Positions 20,446 to 36,244 of a stretch of 64,000 bases of DNA are shown in pieces. The notes under the pieces were generated by a model. It was not told where the DNA came from. It saw only the letters and a list, made by a program, of their open reading frames with translations, and did no database searches. Numbering within the stretch: the first letter of the stretch is position 1; every line of letters begins with the position of its first letter. The stretch is taken from assembly GCF_009914755.1 (NCBI RefSeq), contig NC_060937.1, one strand, 5' to 3'. The DNA comes from the human T2T-CHM13v2.0 reference genome, Homo sapiens. The translations under genes and the position numbers were made by a program.

Positions 20446-23400
20446 GTAACTGCTGGCCACTTTTCCATTAAAGGCAAAATGGCAACATTGCTCATTGTTT
20501 TCTCAATGTCTTTTTATAGAAATTGTACTTGCACCAGCGCCCAGTGCTGCTCCATGCTTGCCCTCAGTCTGAACTCTGATTGGTGTCTCGCAGTGGGGAG
20601 GAGTTCATGTAGAGGGAGTCTGTTGTGGGAGAAAGGAAAGTATGTGGAGGAGGAGAGGGATTTTAATAACGGCAGGAGGTCTTTAAATGGGACACTGCCA
20701 CCAGTCATGAAATTGACACTGTGTGATTTTCAAGGGAAGGGGTACAATGCTAAAACGTTACAAGCCATGAGTAACATTTATTGGTGCAAATGCAAGTTTA
20801 TACTCTACCCATATTAAAAAACAACCCCTTTTCTAGTATTCCTTATGTCAGTAAGTGGACCCTACCACCCAAAAGTTGCCTCAAAATTCTCCTTCCCTTC
20901 CAATAGGGCACCAGATATGTCCATCCTCACTCCTGTTTTTCTCTAAAGCCTCACTGTCCCTTAATCTAGACCTCCCTTTGACTGGCAGGCAAGAATCTAG
21001 GCAAGACTCATGTTTCTTGCCTTCTAGAATGACATCTCCTAATTGTCTCTTCACATCAGAACAATGCTACTAAAACTAACCCTAATCATTTTATTTCTAT
21101 AAAAAACCCAGCTGGTTTCCCCTTAGCTACTGGTTAAGATAGACATGAGACATGGCATCAAGATTCTTTACCACCTCTCCAGGCTTATCAACCCCTCCTT
21201 CCAAAACACACACCAGCAGTCAGTCCATTCCAACAGATTGTCTTTCTCAGCTGCTCCAGGCTCTTTCATGTCTTCCTGCCTTGGCACAAACTATCCCTTT
21301 GCCTCAAATATTTTTTCTGATTCTACACATAATGGCTTGCTAACTCATCTTTAAAAACCCAAGTCACATGCTATATTCAGCTCTGAAATGCCTTCTCTGG
21401 TCTTCCTCTATTCCTGGAGCATTTGTGTTATAACCCAACCCTGTCAGGTAGCTATTTGTTACTCCATTAGAAGGAGTCCCCCTCGAGGGCAGTAGCTGCA
21501 TTTTATGATCCTGTCTTCCAATCTTCTAGTTCAGTGCTTCCCCATAGAGTGGTAAGTTTTAAGTAAACATATAATGAATAAATGAATGAATGCACCACTT
21601 ATGGTGCCAAGGGTCAATGATGGGAGATTACCATGAAACAAATTGTTACTTCTGCGGGGCAAGGACAGGTGTTCTGAGTAATTAAAGATAGCTGTGGTGG
21701 AAAGGGACTGACATATGCAGCTTCTGGCAATCACAGACCATTACCCTTCCAAAAGGACAGCTCTGTCCAGACCTGTGATGTCAGCACCACTTTTCCCTGT
21801 AGTTGAAGGGAGTCTACCTATACAAAATGGCATGAAGGGTTAAGAAAATTAGATGATGCATGTCTAAAAGAGTGTCCAAATAAAATATTAATTTGGATTC
21901 CATCTTTTAAAAAATGCCTCACATTCTCCTTGTTTGCGTGCTCTCAAAACAAAAGCTCTGTCATCTGTTCTGCTTCCTGCCGTGCATCTTAACATTGTAG
22001 GTGTAGACCCAAGAACAACTGATTCTCCTAGTCCCTGCCATGCCTACAACATGTCCAGACTGCCACCTGTCACCAGGGGCTTCTCTGCCTTCAAGGAACT
22101 GAGATCAAACATCCCATGGGAAAAAGTTAAATCATAATCTAAAAGCTAAAGAATAAGACAAGAGATGTCCCCAGGCCACCTATGATCAAGTTTCAAATGA
22201 GTGAATGGTAAGAACAGAAAGTCATCTTGAGCTCTTTAGGGGAGCAGGCTGTGGATCAGAAGGGTCAAAAGATGAGTCCCAAGGCCATTTCAAAGGGACT
22301 CACAGCCTTGTGGGCTCAGGCAGGCTGATGGGCCAAGCAGAAATCACCCTACCCTGTCTTCTTTCTCTCCCAGCATCATAAATAATTGGCCTCCAGGGCT
22401 TCACGGCCAGCTTTATTCTCTGGTCCCTGGAACTGGCCCAGCACAGGAGCTGGCTTGCTGGTCATGGAGAAACTTCGTTGCCTGTGACCGCTCTTTCCCA
22501 GGCCTCCTGCTGATCAGCAGTGGGGTCTCTTGGGGATCATGGCATGGTGCTTAGGGAGCATCTGGAAGGCTCCTGGGATGGTAGCCCCGGAGATGGAAGA
22601 GGTGAGCATGGAGTTTTTGGAAAGCGGTTAGATGGGGAATTTGTGTAGGGAAGAGAGCTGAGGATATGGGCTTGGCTGAGTGCTAAGGAAGCCCTAACAG
22701 GGGAAGCTGAGCTCTAAGCCAACATCCCCTTCCCTCACCAATGGGGAGGGCATAGTTGAGAGAGCCATGGGTGTCATTATTTTGCAGGCGGGGTCAGAAG
22801 TCCTGAAACACTGGACAGAACATTGGGTAGAACATTAAAAAAAACTTGGTGGATGTGGAGAGAACAGTATCTGTGCATTTTATCCAATAGTTTTGCCTTA
22901 CCTCTGAGGTGTCACGGCCGGTGCAAGAATTTACCTCTATCCTCATGAGAGAGGTGGGACTGCGGCTTCCCCCACCCACTTCACCTCCCTCCTCCATCCC
23001 TGCCTCTGTGGGAAGCATCCCTGTCTCAGTGGGAAAATCTGTCTCTGAAACCCCCAGGCCTCCACTGCTGGCACTCGTTCTCCTTCTGGTCAAGGCTCAG
23101 TCACTGATTCTGCTTTAAAACTCTGCAGAATGATTTAATTAATGTTGCAATCAGTGTCGTTCTGGAGAAATGGATGCAATCCAAAATGGCTAAATTGTAC
23201 ATCCTGCAAACATTCCGTACTTCACATGCAACTCATGAGAAGCAAACTCGAATAATGGAAAAATAAGTCAATTATAATAGAAGAAAATAAATTTGTTTTG
23301 CTTGTGTTTAGGCGAAGGGCACAATGGAAGTTCTAAAGTTTATTAATATCTGTTTAGAGAAATGGATTAAAATAAATACTGAGGAAGGCAGTGGTAAACA

Positions 23401-24024
23401 ATAGAGCAAATAAAAAAGACAAGATGACTGTTTAGTCATAAATTGGGGCTCAAATTGCTTTTTTGTTCCTTGTATATGTTGCGATTTCAACTTCTCATTA
23501 TGCAAAGTTACCAATTCAGATTTACAATGCAAATATATTTTCTGTGATTAATAAACTATTATTACCATTTACTCTCTCTCCAAAAGGTGGAATATTTTGA
23601 AAGACTTTGTTAAAATTAGTTTCAAGCTACTGTGGCACTTAGGAAGAAAGATGTGATATGGAAAAAAAAAAAGATTATTTTCCAAACACCATTAATTGAG
23701 CTAGGGCCCTAGAAAAAAATTAATCTATGGAAGTGATGATTTGGTTGCAATGGCAAAGCAGTTTTCAGCATAACAGAGTAGAAATGTGCCTATCTTAGAT
23801 GAAATGTCCAGAAGCCTCCCATGTCTGGATCTTCTTGTGTACTTCTCCTCTAGTAGAAAATCAGCTCTGTTAGGATTTGACTGAGTCCTCATTTATCTTC
23901 AGCTCCACAGCACCTGTTCAAGTGTCCAGTACACAGCAGGATCCTCAAAAATATTGGCTAAGCTGAACTGTTAAAAATATTGGGGTCCCTAAAGTTATTT
24001 TTTTATTGTTCACGAGAACAGAGG

Positions 24025-24877
<853 letters not shown>

Positions 24878-25704
24878 TAACTCAGAGAACATTCTCCAGA
24901 GAAAGGCTACTTGAACAAAATAGATGCCTTCAGTTTTCCTCATATCTTTAGAAAAACCATGACAACAGTGATTTGCATTATTTTAAATCACATCCATTGA
25001 GAATCCACTTTGTGCAAAAAGCCCTGTGCTACATGTTGTTGTGACCAAGACAGCCTCCTTTCCCAGGAACTGAGTTCAGTGGGAGTTCTGGGTCACACCT
25101 CCGAAGGTGTGACTTTTTTCCGAGAGATGTAAATTTAAACTCTGACCCTACCTGAGGGTGTTGACAAAATCAATGGAGGATGCAGATCACAGAGCTGAGG
25201 GCGGATGGAAGCAAAAACTCCGAAGAGTGTGAAAGTATCCTTACTAAGAAAGGATGTTTCTTACTTTACAAATTGTAAAGCATCATTTCCTTAGAGGCAT
25301 GAGTTCAGTTCAAGATTAATGAGTTAAAATTGTAAAATATTTACTGCCATTTCTTACTGGCATTCTTTGCTTATATTGGAAAAACACTATTAACTGCAGG
25401 GCTTACTTATATAACCCAATTTCGCCGAGCAATACTAATGTGGATTTATAACTGGGAAAACAAGGATGCTTCAGAAGCTCCTGCCAATGAATAGGCTGTT
25501 ACTAACCAGCTTTGTGGAGACAGAATAGCACACGTTCCAGAATGAGGTCTGTGTTCAAATCCCAACTTTGCCATTGGTGATATAAGCTTCCTTATCTTAA
25601 AATGGAAATAATACTACCCATCAGACAGAATTGTTTGTGGAATCTGACACAAATAAGTTGGTCAGTAAGTTGTAGTTGTTTATTCATTTATTTTTAAATA
25701 TTTT

Positions 25705-25822
25705 AGGCCTGTAGTCCTGGCTACTTGAGAGAATAAGGTGGGAGGATCTCTTGTGCACAGGAGTTCAAGGTCAGCCTGGGCGACATAGTGAGACCCCAGC
25801 TTTAAAAATAAATAAATAAAAG
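25705..25822 (+). mobile_element. FLAM-type Alu monomer
   Basis: gcctgtagtcct...gagttcaaggtcagcctgggcgacatagtgagacccc plus A-rich tail. Confidence 0.75.
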
Positions 25823-26070
25823 TAAAATACCTTGGTACATTATGAAGCTGCTTTTGCAAAAGAGTGTTTCTTGGGCTTGCTTGTATACTCTAAAAGATAC
25901 AGTAGTTGCTTTGAAGTACATGATTTTTCCCATTTCACTTCTGGGAAAAAGAAGGTTTGCAAGGGAATAGTTGTTTCTTCAATAATAACACCTAACAATT
26001 ATTGATCTTTTATGTATGCTGGGTTAATTTTCTAAGTAGTCCATTGAGATAGAACTATTATCGCTCCCAT

Positions 26071-26874
26071 TGATATGAGAGTGCTGGGATGGGAAGAGTG
26101 TGGTCCCTTTAAATGATACAGAAGAGGGGAAGGGAAATGCTGGGTAGAGGAGGGTGTGGTCCCTGGTAGGGCTCCACCCCCACAGACCTGGGTGAGGACA
26201 GGCATTTTTGCTTTTCTGTCAAAAGTTGCATTTCCCAAGACCACCCTGGCCTGCCACGCCCCCATCCTGTGCCTGTAAAAACCCTGACACCCCAGCAAGC
26301 AGACACACACATAGCTGGATATACAGAGGAGCGCATCAGTTAAGGAACATGCAGGTGGCTGGATGTCCAGAGCAACACACCCATAGGCACCTGCTCTCCG
26401 GCAGGCCAGCAGAATAACACTGAGTTTGGCTGGGGTAGTTGGAGGAGAGCCCGGGCCAGCTTGACTGCAGGGAAAAGCCATCTCCCTTCTGGCTCCCCCA
26501 TTTGCTGGGAGCTACTTCCACTCAATAAAACCTTGCACTCATTCTCCAAGCCCACCTGTGATCCGATTCTTCCAGTACACCAAGGCAGGAAACCCCGGCA
26601 TACAGAAAGCCCTCTGTCCTTGCGATAAGGCAGGGGTCTAATTGAGCTAACAGAAGCCGCCTATAGACGGCAAACTAAAAAAGCACCCTGTAACACACGC
26701 CCATTGGGCCTTTAGCTGTAAACGTTCGCATCTAGACACTGTCGTGGGGTCAGAGCCCCACAGCCTGCCTGTCTGTATGCTCCCCTAGAGGTTTGAGCAG
26801 TGGGGCACTGAAGAAGTGAGCCACTCCCCCGTCACATGCCCTGTGAGGGGGACAAGGGAAGTTTCCCTGTTTCA
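26071..26874 (+). mobile_element. LTR1-family solo LTR (ERV1), inserted in a MIR
   Basis: TGATATG...GTTTCA ends; gttgcatttcccaagaccaccctggcctgccacgccccc; AATAAA at 26524; 4-bp TSD ccat/gcat. Confidence 0.8.
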
Positions 26875-28069
26875 GCATATTTTGTTTTTTCACATATGCC
26901 CCAAAAAAGTGTCTCCCATATTTCAGATTAGGAAACTGAGGCCCAGAGAAGTCAAGCAATGAATGGCCTAAAGTCATATGAGCCCAGAAACCAGGATTTC
27001 TGGCTCCAGGAAGGGAAGATAATCCCCCGCAGCTCAGGCTGTTTCCTCTGCCCAGGTCTTTGTGCCTGCTGACATATTTGTGGGGAACTTGTAAAAAATG
27101 CAGCTTCAGGGTCTAGCCCCAGGGGTTCTGTTGCTATGTTTTTGAGCTGTGGTTGGTGGGGAACTTGCAATTCAGCAAACTTCCTGGTTGGCATTGATAC
27201 CTGACGTCCAGCTTTGAAGCCTGTGAGCAAGACCCTGGTCTGGACTTGTTCCAGGCTTCTTGTTTATCCAAGGGGCAGTCAGACTTGGACAGCAAAAGCC
27301 TTGATGGGAAGAAGACAGGAATTGCTGGGTGTCCTGCCATGAGGCTGGGTGCTGGGTGAGTTGATCCAGCCAAGCTGCGTCCAGACTGCCTCAGTACCAC
27401 TTGGCAGAGCTGAGTCCTTCTCCATGGCCAGGTGACCTTGAGTCACCCCTTTGAAAGCCATTCTAGGATGGGCATAGTGGGCTGGAGATGGGGGTAGTGG
27501 GTATTATCTACATCAACGGGCCCCAGGGACACCCTCCCACTGGCCACATTCTCTCTTCTCTTACCAGAGCCCTGAGAGGCAGCCTCTACGGCAGCCCTTG
27601 GTGGTTCATGTGCTTTCTTTTGTCTAGGAGGCAGCAGGTTAGCATCTTGTGAAGAGGAGGAGGTGACCGAATGTCATCCCCGTGTCCCAGGGCTGTGGGA
27701 GTGAATGGTTACTATGCCAGAGCAGAAATTTGCAATGCACCTTTGAGAGCTCAAAGCATTCCCCCTCCCACTCCTGCCCCCTCCATTGATCTTATCCAGC
27801 ACTGTCTCCAGGAATTGCATGCCGTATGTGTGCACATGCACCTGTCTATGTGCTGGGAGAGGCAAGAGAGAGGTAACAGGTTCAGAGTTTAAAAAGAAAG
27901 GCCATTGATTTTCCCCACACTTGGGGAAAATATGAGGATGCTGCCACAGTGTTTGAGGGGCTGTGGCTGGGGCCCTGTATGCTGGCCACATTGTAGCATC
28001 ATAATAAAATTAACAACCACAATTAGCTGCCATAGTTACTAAGTATACACTATTGTTCCATGTGTCACA

Positions 28070-28585
28070 GTGTGTTAGCCTTCTTCAGAGAAACAAACAA
28101 TAGGAGATATCTATATCTGTATCTATATCTAATCTATATCCATATCTATCTGTCTATGTCTATATCTATAGCTATGCCTATATGGACGTCAATATTGGTA
28201 ACAGGTATAGGTAAAGACATAGATATAGAAAGAAATTTATCATAATAAATTGACTCATGCAATTATGGAGGCTGACAAGTTCCAAGATCTGCATTCAGCA
28301 AGCTGGAGAACCAGAGCTGATGGTATAATTCAAGTCCAAAGGCCATCTGCTGGCAGAATTCCCTCTTGCTTAGGGGAGGTTAACCTTTTTGTTCTATTCA
28401 GGCCTTCAAATGATTGGAAGAAGCCTACACACATGAGAGAGGGCCATCTGCTTTACTCAGCCTGCTGAATTGAGGTGTTAATGTCACCCAAAAACACCCT
28501 CACAGACACACCCAGAATAATGTTTGACAAAATATCTGGGCACTCCATGGCTCAGTCAAGTTGACACATAAAATGAATAATCATA
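28070..28585 (-). mobile_element. MLT2 (B/C/D-type) solo LTR with internal (TCTATA)n
   Basis: attatggaggctgacaagttccaagatctgca; ggccttcaaatgattgga; agtcaagttgacacataaaat. Confidence 0.82.
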
Positions 28586-28589
28586 TGCA

Positions 28590-28790
28590 GTATGGGTTTT
28601 AGCTGCATTATCTCGTTGAATTCCCCCAACAATTCTATTAAGTAGTTTACTATAATCACCATTTCACAGAGGAGGAAAATGAGGCTCAAAGAGGCTAGTT
28701 CACTTTCTCATGGTTTCTCAGCTAGTAAGTGGCACAGCTGAGATTTGAATCTGAGTCTTCCTGACTCGAAAGCCACTATACTGTGTGGCT
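28590..28790. mobile_element. MIR
   Basis: catttcacagaggaggaaaatgaggctcaaagagg...gctagtaagtggcacagctgagatttgaa. Confidence 0.75.
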
Positions 28791-29329
28791 TCCAAGCCAA
28801 TTGTCTTACTGTATGCATCCTCATGGATCATCTGGAAGCTGCTACCACTCTCCTAATCAACTATTTGGACGTTGAATATTATATGGTATCTGTCAAGGCT
28901 GTCACTTGCAAGCAATAGAACAGACTGGCTGATTTAGTGAAAAGGGGTTATATTAAAAGGCTGTTGAGTAACTCACAGAGTCACTGACTGAGATAGCTGG
29001 AGGACCACAGTGGAGGCTGTGCAGCTCTAAGGGAGGCTGAGATCCTAAATATCTGGCATTTGTATCATCTTTGTGGTAGAGGGGCCCTGCCGGTCACCCA
29101 GGATCATAAGGCAAAGGGGGTCTGGAGACCGAGAGTAGCCAGAAAAAACAGCAAAGGCCACCACACATATTTAGTGGTGATTGGCTGATGGGAGGTGGCA
29201 CCTACTTTCAAGTGTAAACATGACAACTGCAGTGACCAGCTCCAAGGTGTGTGCTGGGGGCTTCTACTGGGGAAACTGAGATTTTTAACTGGGGTGTTAA
29301 CAACCAAAGTCTGTTAGTGCAGAGAGTTA

Positions 29330-29780
29330 TTATGGTGGATTGAGTTGTGTTATCCCAAAATAGATATGCACAGCCCCCAAGACCTCGGAGTACAGCCGTA
29401 TTTGGAGTTAGGGTCTTTACAGAGATAGTTAAATTACAACAAGGTCATTAGGGTGGGTCCTAATCCAATGTGGCTGGTGTCCTTATAAAAAAGGAAGATT
29501 TGGACACAGAGACAGAGGGAAGCCTACATGAGGAGACTGGGGGAGAATGCCACGTGAAGATTAAGGCAGAGATGAAGGGGTGATGTGTACACAAGCCAAG
29601 GAAACCACAGAAGGCAGGAGTGAGGCCGGGAGCAGATCCTTTCCTAGCTCCTCCAGAAGGCGCACAGCCCTACCAATCCTTGATTCTGGACTTCGGCCTC
29701 TGGAACCAGGAGACAATGTCTGTTGTTTAAGCCCCCAAGTTTGTGGTACTTGATTACTGCAACACTAGCAAACTGGTACA
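29330..29780 (+). mobile_element. MLT1B/C solo LTR
   Basis: ggtcattagggtgggtcctaatccaatgtggctggtgtccttataaaa; tgttgtttaagcccccaagtttgtggtact. Confidence 0.82.
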
Positions 29781-29977
29781 GGTAGTAAATGTCAGAGCCC
29801 ACATTAACGCCTGAATCTCTCTGAATCTAAAGCCAGTGCTCTTTCAGAATCCAAATCCATGCCTCGCTGCCAGGCTCGGGCAGCCCAGAGCAGAAGAAAA
29901 TGGGACTCTGTACTGGATTCCTGAATTCTAGACTAGAGTGTGGTTTAGCTGATATGAAATCCAAATGGCTCCCATAA

Positions 29978-30469
<492 letters not shown>

Positions 30470-31328
30470 AGACTTTCTTCCTTTAAGGCAAGGGCGCTGA
30501 ACTTAACCATATCCCTTCATTCACTTCCACCATGTGACAGAGAAATGCACTCCTTAGCATGGCGGCTCTTGTCTGACCGAAAATTACAATTTATTTAAGG
30601 AGCTGAGAATATTGTAAGATAGAGTTTCTTGGGTTTTTGCAGGTTTGTATGGGACGAAAAAGAGAAGGGGTGATTTTCTTTCAAGTCTGGCTAGAAAAGG
30701 AAGTGGATGTTTGCTCCCCAATGGCATTGTCCTGTGTCTTCTCAGTGGCTTCTCTGTTTCTGGGCCCGAGAAGCCTGGAGACTCCAGGGCGCCTGTCTCA
30801 GCATCTCCTGAGTCACCCACACCAATCACAGCAAGGTCCCCAGCCTCAGCTGGGTGTGGTCAGACTGGAGAACACATCTGATGGTCAATGTCATCCTCAT
30901 TTATGAATGTGGGGAGCTTGGGATGGAGGAAATGAGAGAAGTGGTAATTCATGGGCTCTGGTTCTCTATCTGGAGATGTAAAAGGAGTTGGGTGTAGTGG
31001 CCAAAGCTGGGCTTCCTTTCTGTGCCAGTTCCATGGGCTCTGGTGCCCTCTAGCCTGGCCCTGAGATCAAAGCACCCCTGGGTGGGGTGGGAAAGGCATC
31101 TGAAAATCAAACTTGATTGGTGCTGCTGGAGCTGTTCAAACCTGTGAAAGGTAGACTAGATAGTGGATTATGCAAGTCCTTTTGGAACTTGGGTAAGTTA
31201 TTTCGCCTACCTGGCCCTTAAATTCTTCATTTATAAAATGAAAGGTTGAGGTTACATTAATGCTCCACAGAATCTAGCATGTAGTAGAATCACACTTGTC
31301 TAAATGCACTGTCAGAGATCCTGACACA

Positions 31329-31628
31329 GGCTGGGTGCAGTGGCTCACGCCTGTAATCCCAGCACTTTGGGAGGCCGAGGCAGGCAGATAACCTGAGGTC
31401 AGGAGTTCGAGACCAGCCTGGCCAACATGGGGAAACCCATCTCTACTAAAAATACAAAAATTAGCAGAGCAGAGCGTGGTGGCACATGCCTGTAATCCCA
31501 GCTACGCGGGAGGCTGAGGGTGCAGAATCACTTGAACCCAGGAGGCAGAGGTTGCAGTGAGCCTAGATCGCACCATTGCACTCTAGCCTGGGTGATGAGA
31601 GCGAAACTCCGTTTCAAAAAAAAAAAAT
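31329..31628 (+). mobile_element. AluS
   Basis: Sense Alu; TSD agagatcctgacaca. Confidence 0.94.
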
Positions 31629-31679
31629 AAGAGAGAGATCCTGACACAGCAATTCCAGCTGGGGCCCAAGAATAATAAT

Positions 31680-31890
31680 ACCCAAAACCTACTGAGCACT
31701 TGACATGTGTCAGACACTGTTCTGAAGAGTTTTATTTCTGGATTAACTCATTTTATCCTACAACAGACCTGTGAGGTATGTATTTATCATCCTGATGTTA
31801 CAGATATGCAAATTGAGGCACATGGCAGCTGACAGACTTTCCCCAGGTCATACAATTAGGGAGCCGCAGAGCTGAGACCCAAGGCCTGTG
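31680..31890. mobile_element. MIR
   Basis: actgagcacttgacatgtgtcagacactgttct...cagatatgcaaattgaggcaca. Confidence 0.75.
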
Positions 31891-31924
31891 ACGTTGCCTG
31901 CCAATCTTGCATTCTTTGGTACTG

Positions 31925-31925
<1 letters not shown>

Positions 31926-31959
<34 letters not shown>

Positions 31960-32215
31960 TTACAGAGTCTCGCTCTGTTGCCCAGGCTCACTGCAACCTT
32001 TGTCTCCCAGATTCAAGTGATTCTCCTGCCTCAGCCTCCTGAATAGCTGGGATTACAGGCACCTGCCACCACACCTGGCTAATTTTTGTATTTTCAGTAG
32101 AGACGGGGTTTCACCATGTTGGCCAGGCTGGTCTCGAACTCCTGACCTCAGGTGATCCACTCGCCTCGGCCTCCCAAAGTGCTGCGATTATGGACGTAAG
32201 CCACCGTGCCTGGCC
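31926..32215 (-). mobile_element. AluS with internal deletion
   Basis: Long poly-T; TSD ttctttg(g/c)tactgcttt. Confidence 0.93.
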
Positions 32216-32798
32216 TTCTTTGCTACTGCTTTAACAAGACGCTGTCATAAACCACAAGCCAGCCTTTCTGCTGGATCTGTAAATAAACATTGCCCCAAGG
32301 GAGCTTGAACTTTAGTAAAGAAGCTAAGATTGATGCTCAAATCACGGAATACAAGGCTGACCCACACAGAAGCCCAAGAAAGGAAGAGCAATGTGCCCTG
32401 GGAGCAGAGTGGGTGGTCCACAAGGGGGCTCCAGTCTTTCTGACAGGAGGGGTTAAAGTGAGCATCTGAGAGAAGGAGGCACTGAATGTGGCTCCCAAAT
32501 TGAGGAACATGTCAGGGGTCGGGTAGGCGGGGAGCTTCCAGCCAGAGACAGTGGCCTGTGCTCAGAGTACCAGGTACTGATGTGACTGGGCATTCTCCAA
32601 GGTGCAGGTCCTTTGGTTTGGTGCGGACACATATAAGAGAGACTCAGTGGGAGGGAAGGCAAGTCTGCGTCCAGATTGTGAAGAGCATTGATGTCCTTCC
32701 AAGACAGGAAAGAGGCAGTGGAAGCCCCAGGGGCAGCCAATACAGCAGAATGTGTTAGAGAGAAGAGGAAACTGTGGCCATCTCAAAAGTACCCTGAA

Positions 32799-33437
<639 letters not shown>

Positions 33438-33969
33438 CTACGGCCGTGGCAGAGAGAACAGACGGGATGAGGCAGATGCAGGAGTGACAGTTTAAAAGGA
33501 GAGTCCGCAGGAGAGAGGTGTCTATAACCTAGAGGTTGGAGCAAAGGAGACAGAGGTCTTGAAGATGACCCAAACTTCCGAGTGCAGAACTGGATGGAAA
33601 GAAACATTCTGTTCCAGTGGAAGGTACCCCAGCAGAGGGGCTGGGTGGAAGAGGAAGTTGAATTGAAGAGATTCGAACATGCCCTCAGCTCAGAAGATAA
33701 GTCAGGGCGAGAGATTTGGGAGGTGGGAGGGGCGCGATGCCGACTGAGTCCTTTTGAAAGCCCTGGGGTGGAAGTAATCATGGAGTGTGTGATATTCCTC
33801 ATGCTGAAGGGCAGGCTGGGTGATGCAAATAGCTTAGAATTTAATGTTAATGCTTTTTTATCTTGGTAATGTTGCTTGGTAACATTGGTACCAAGCAAGA
33901 TTAGTAAGATTTACCAAGATTAATAAATCTTGGTAAAATTGCTTAATTTCTTAATAATCATAATATGAC

Positions 33970-34274
33970 TTTTTGTTGTTGTTGTTGTTGTTTTGAGACA
34001 GGATCTCACTCCGTTGTCCAGGCTGGAGTGCAGTGGCACAGTCATGGCTTACCGCAGCCTCAAACTCCTGGACTCAAGTGATCCTCCCACCTCAGCTTCC
34101 CAAGTAGCTGGGACTACAGGAACCCACCACCATGCCCAACTAATTTTAGTATTTTTTGTAGAGACAAGTTTTGCCATGTTGCTCAGGCTGGTATCAGACT
34201 CCTGGACTCAAGCCATCTGCTCACCTTGGCCTCCCAAAGTGCTGGGATTATAGGCGCGAGTCACTGTCCCCGGC
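33970..34274 (-). mobile_element. AluJ
   Basis: (GTT)n tail; TSD ataatat(g/a)actttt. Confidence 0.92.
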
Positions 34275-34343
34275 AATAATATAACTTTTAAATGGAAAAT
34301 CTAGTTTGTTAAGACTCTACTTTTCTCAATCCAAGGAATAGTT

Positions 34344-34845
34344 ACACATACACACACACACGCACACAATATATGTACATATATGTATATATATCATATA
34401 TATGATATATGTACATATATGTATATATATCACATATATGATATATGTATATACGTATATATATCATATATATGATATATGTATATACGTATATATATGA
34501 TATATGTATATACGTATATATATCATATATATGATATATGTATATACGTATATATATCATATATATGATATATGTATATACGTATATATATCATATATAT
34601 GATATATGAATATACGTATATAATGATATATATACGTATATTCATATATATGATATATGTATATACGTATATATCATATATATGATATATGTATATACGT
34701 ATATATATCATATATATGATATATGTATATACGTATATATATCATATATATGATATATGTATATACGTATATATATCATATATATGATATATGTATATAT
34801 ATCATATATGTGTATATATATTATATATATACATACATATATATG
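34344..34845. repeat. (CA)n followed by AT-rich minisatellite with 32-34 bp unit gatatatgtatatacgtatatatatcatatatat
   Basis: Roughly 13 imperfect tandem copies are visible. Confidence 0.95.
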
Positions 34846-35225
34846 TCTAGAAACCATTGCTATGCTTACTAAATGACACTACATAGGGCTGGCAGAGCAT
34901 CATCATTGTCCATAACCAGTATCTGTTGATCTTGTGCCAGATGTTTAGCACATTTTCTACTTCATTACTGCTCAAACTCTAATCTTTGAATAATGACTCA
35001 ATTTCTCTCTTGCAAGGGGCACGCAGTCCCTGCTGCAAAGGAGTTGCCTCTTCTTTAAAACTGGCGCATCATCAGTTGGTTAGGTTCCCTTTGGGCAATC
35101 CCTTCAGGAAATTCTTGGTTTTCTTTCTGGTTTCTGTGTCAGGGCTCCTTGTCATAAGGAGGTGGGATAGAATTGGGAGGGGAAAGTCTCCATTGCCTGC
35201 TGCTTGGGACCCAGGCCATGAGTCT

Positions 35226-36067
<842 letters not shown>

Positions 36068-36244
36068 GCCTTACCTGCTTATTTTTGGCAAATCCTAGCC
36101 TCTTTAAAAGAACACTTTAATTTTAAAATAAGTTTAGATTACAGAAGCATTCCCAAGATAGCACAGAGGCTTCTTGTGTGGTCTTCACTGAGCTTCTATT
36201 GTTATTATCTTATATAACCATGGTGCATTTAGTGAAACAATGCT

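Noticed and set aside
31043-31060. CTCF-like motif (reverse of gtgccctctagcct)
   Set aside because: Only the AGAGGGC half matches; not supportable without a PWM scan.
34342-34711. Tyr/Ile-rich repetitive ORFs and CRISPR-like periodicity
   Set aside because: Products of the minisatellite; no unique spacers, no cas genes, eukaryotic context.
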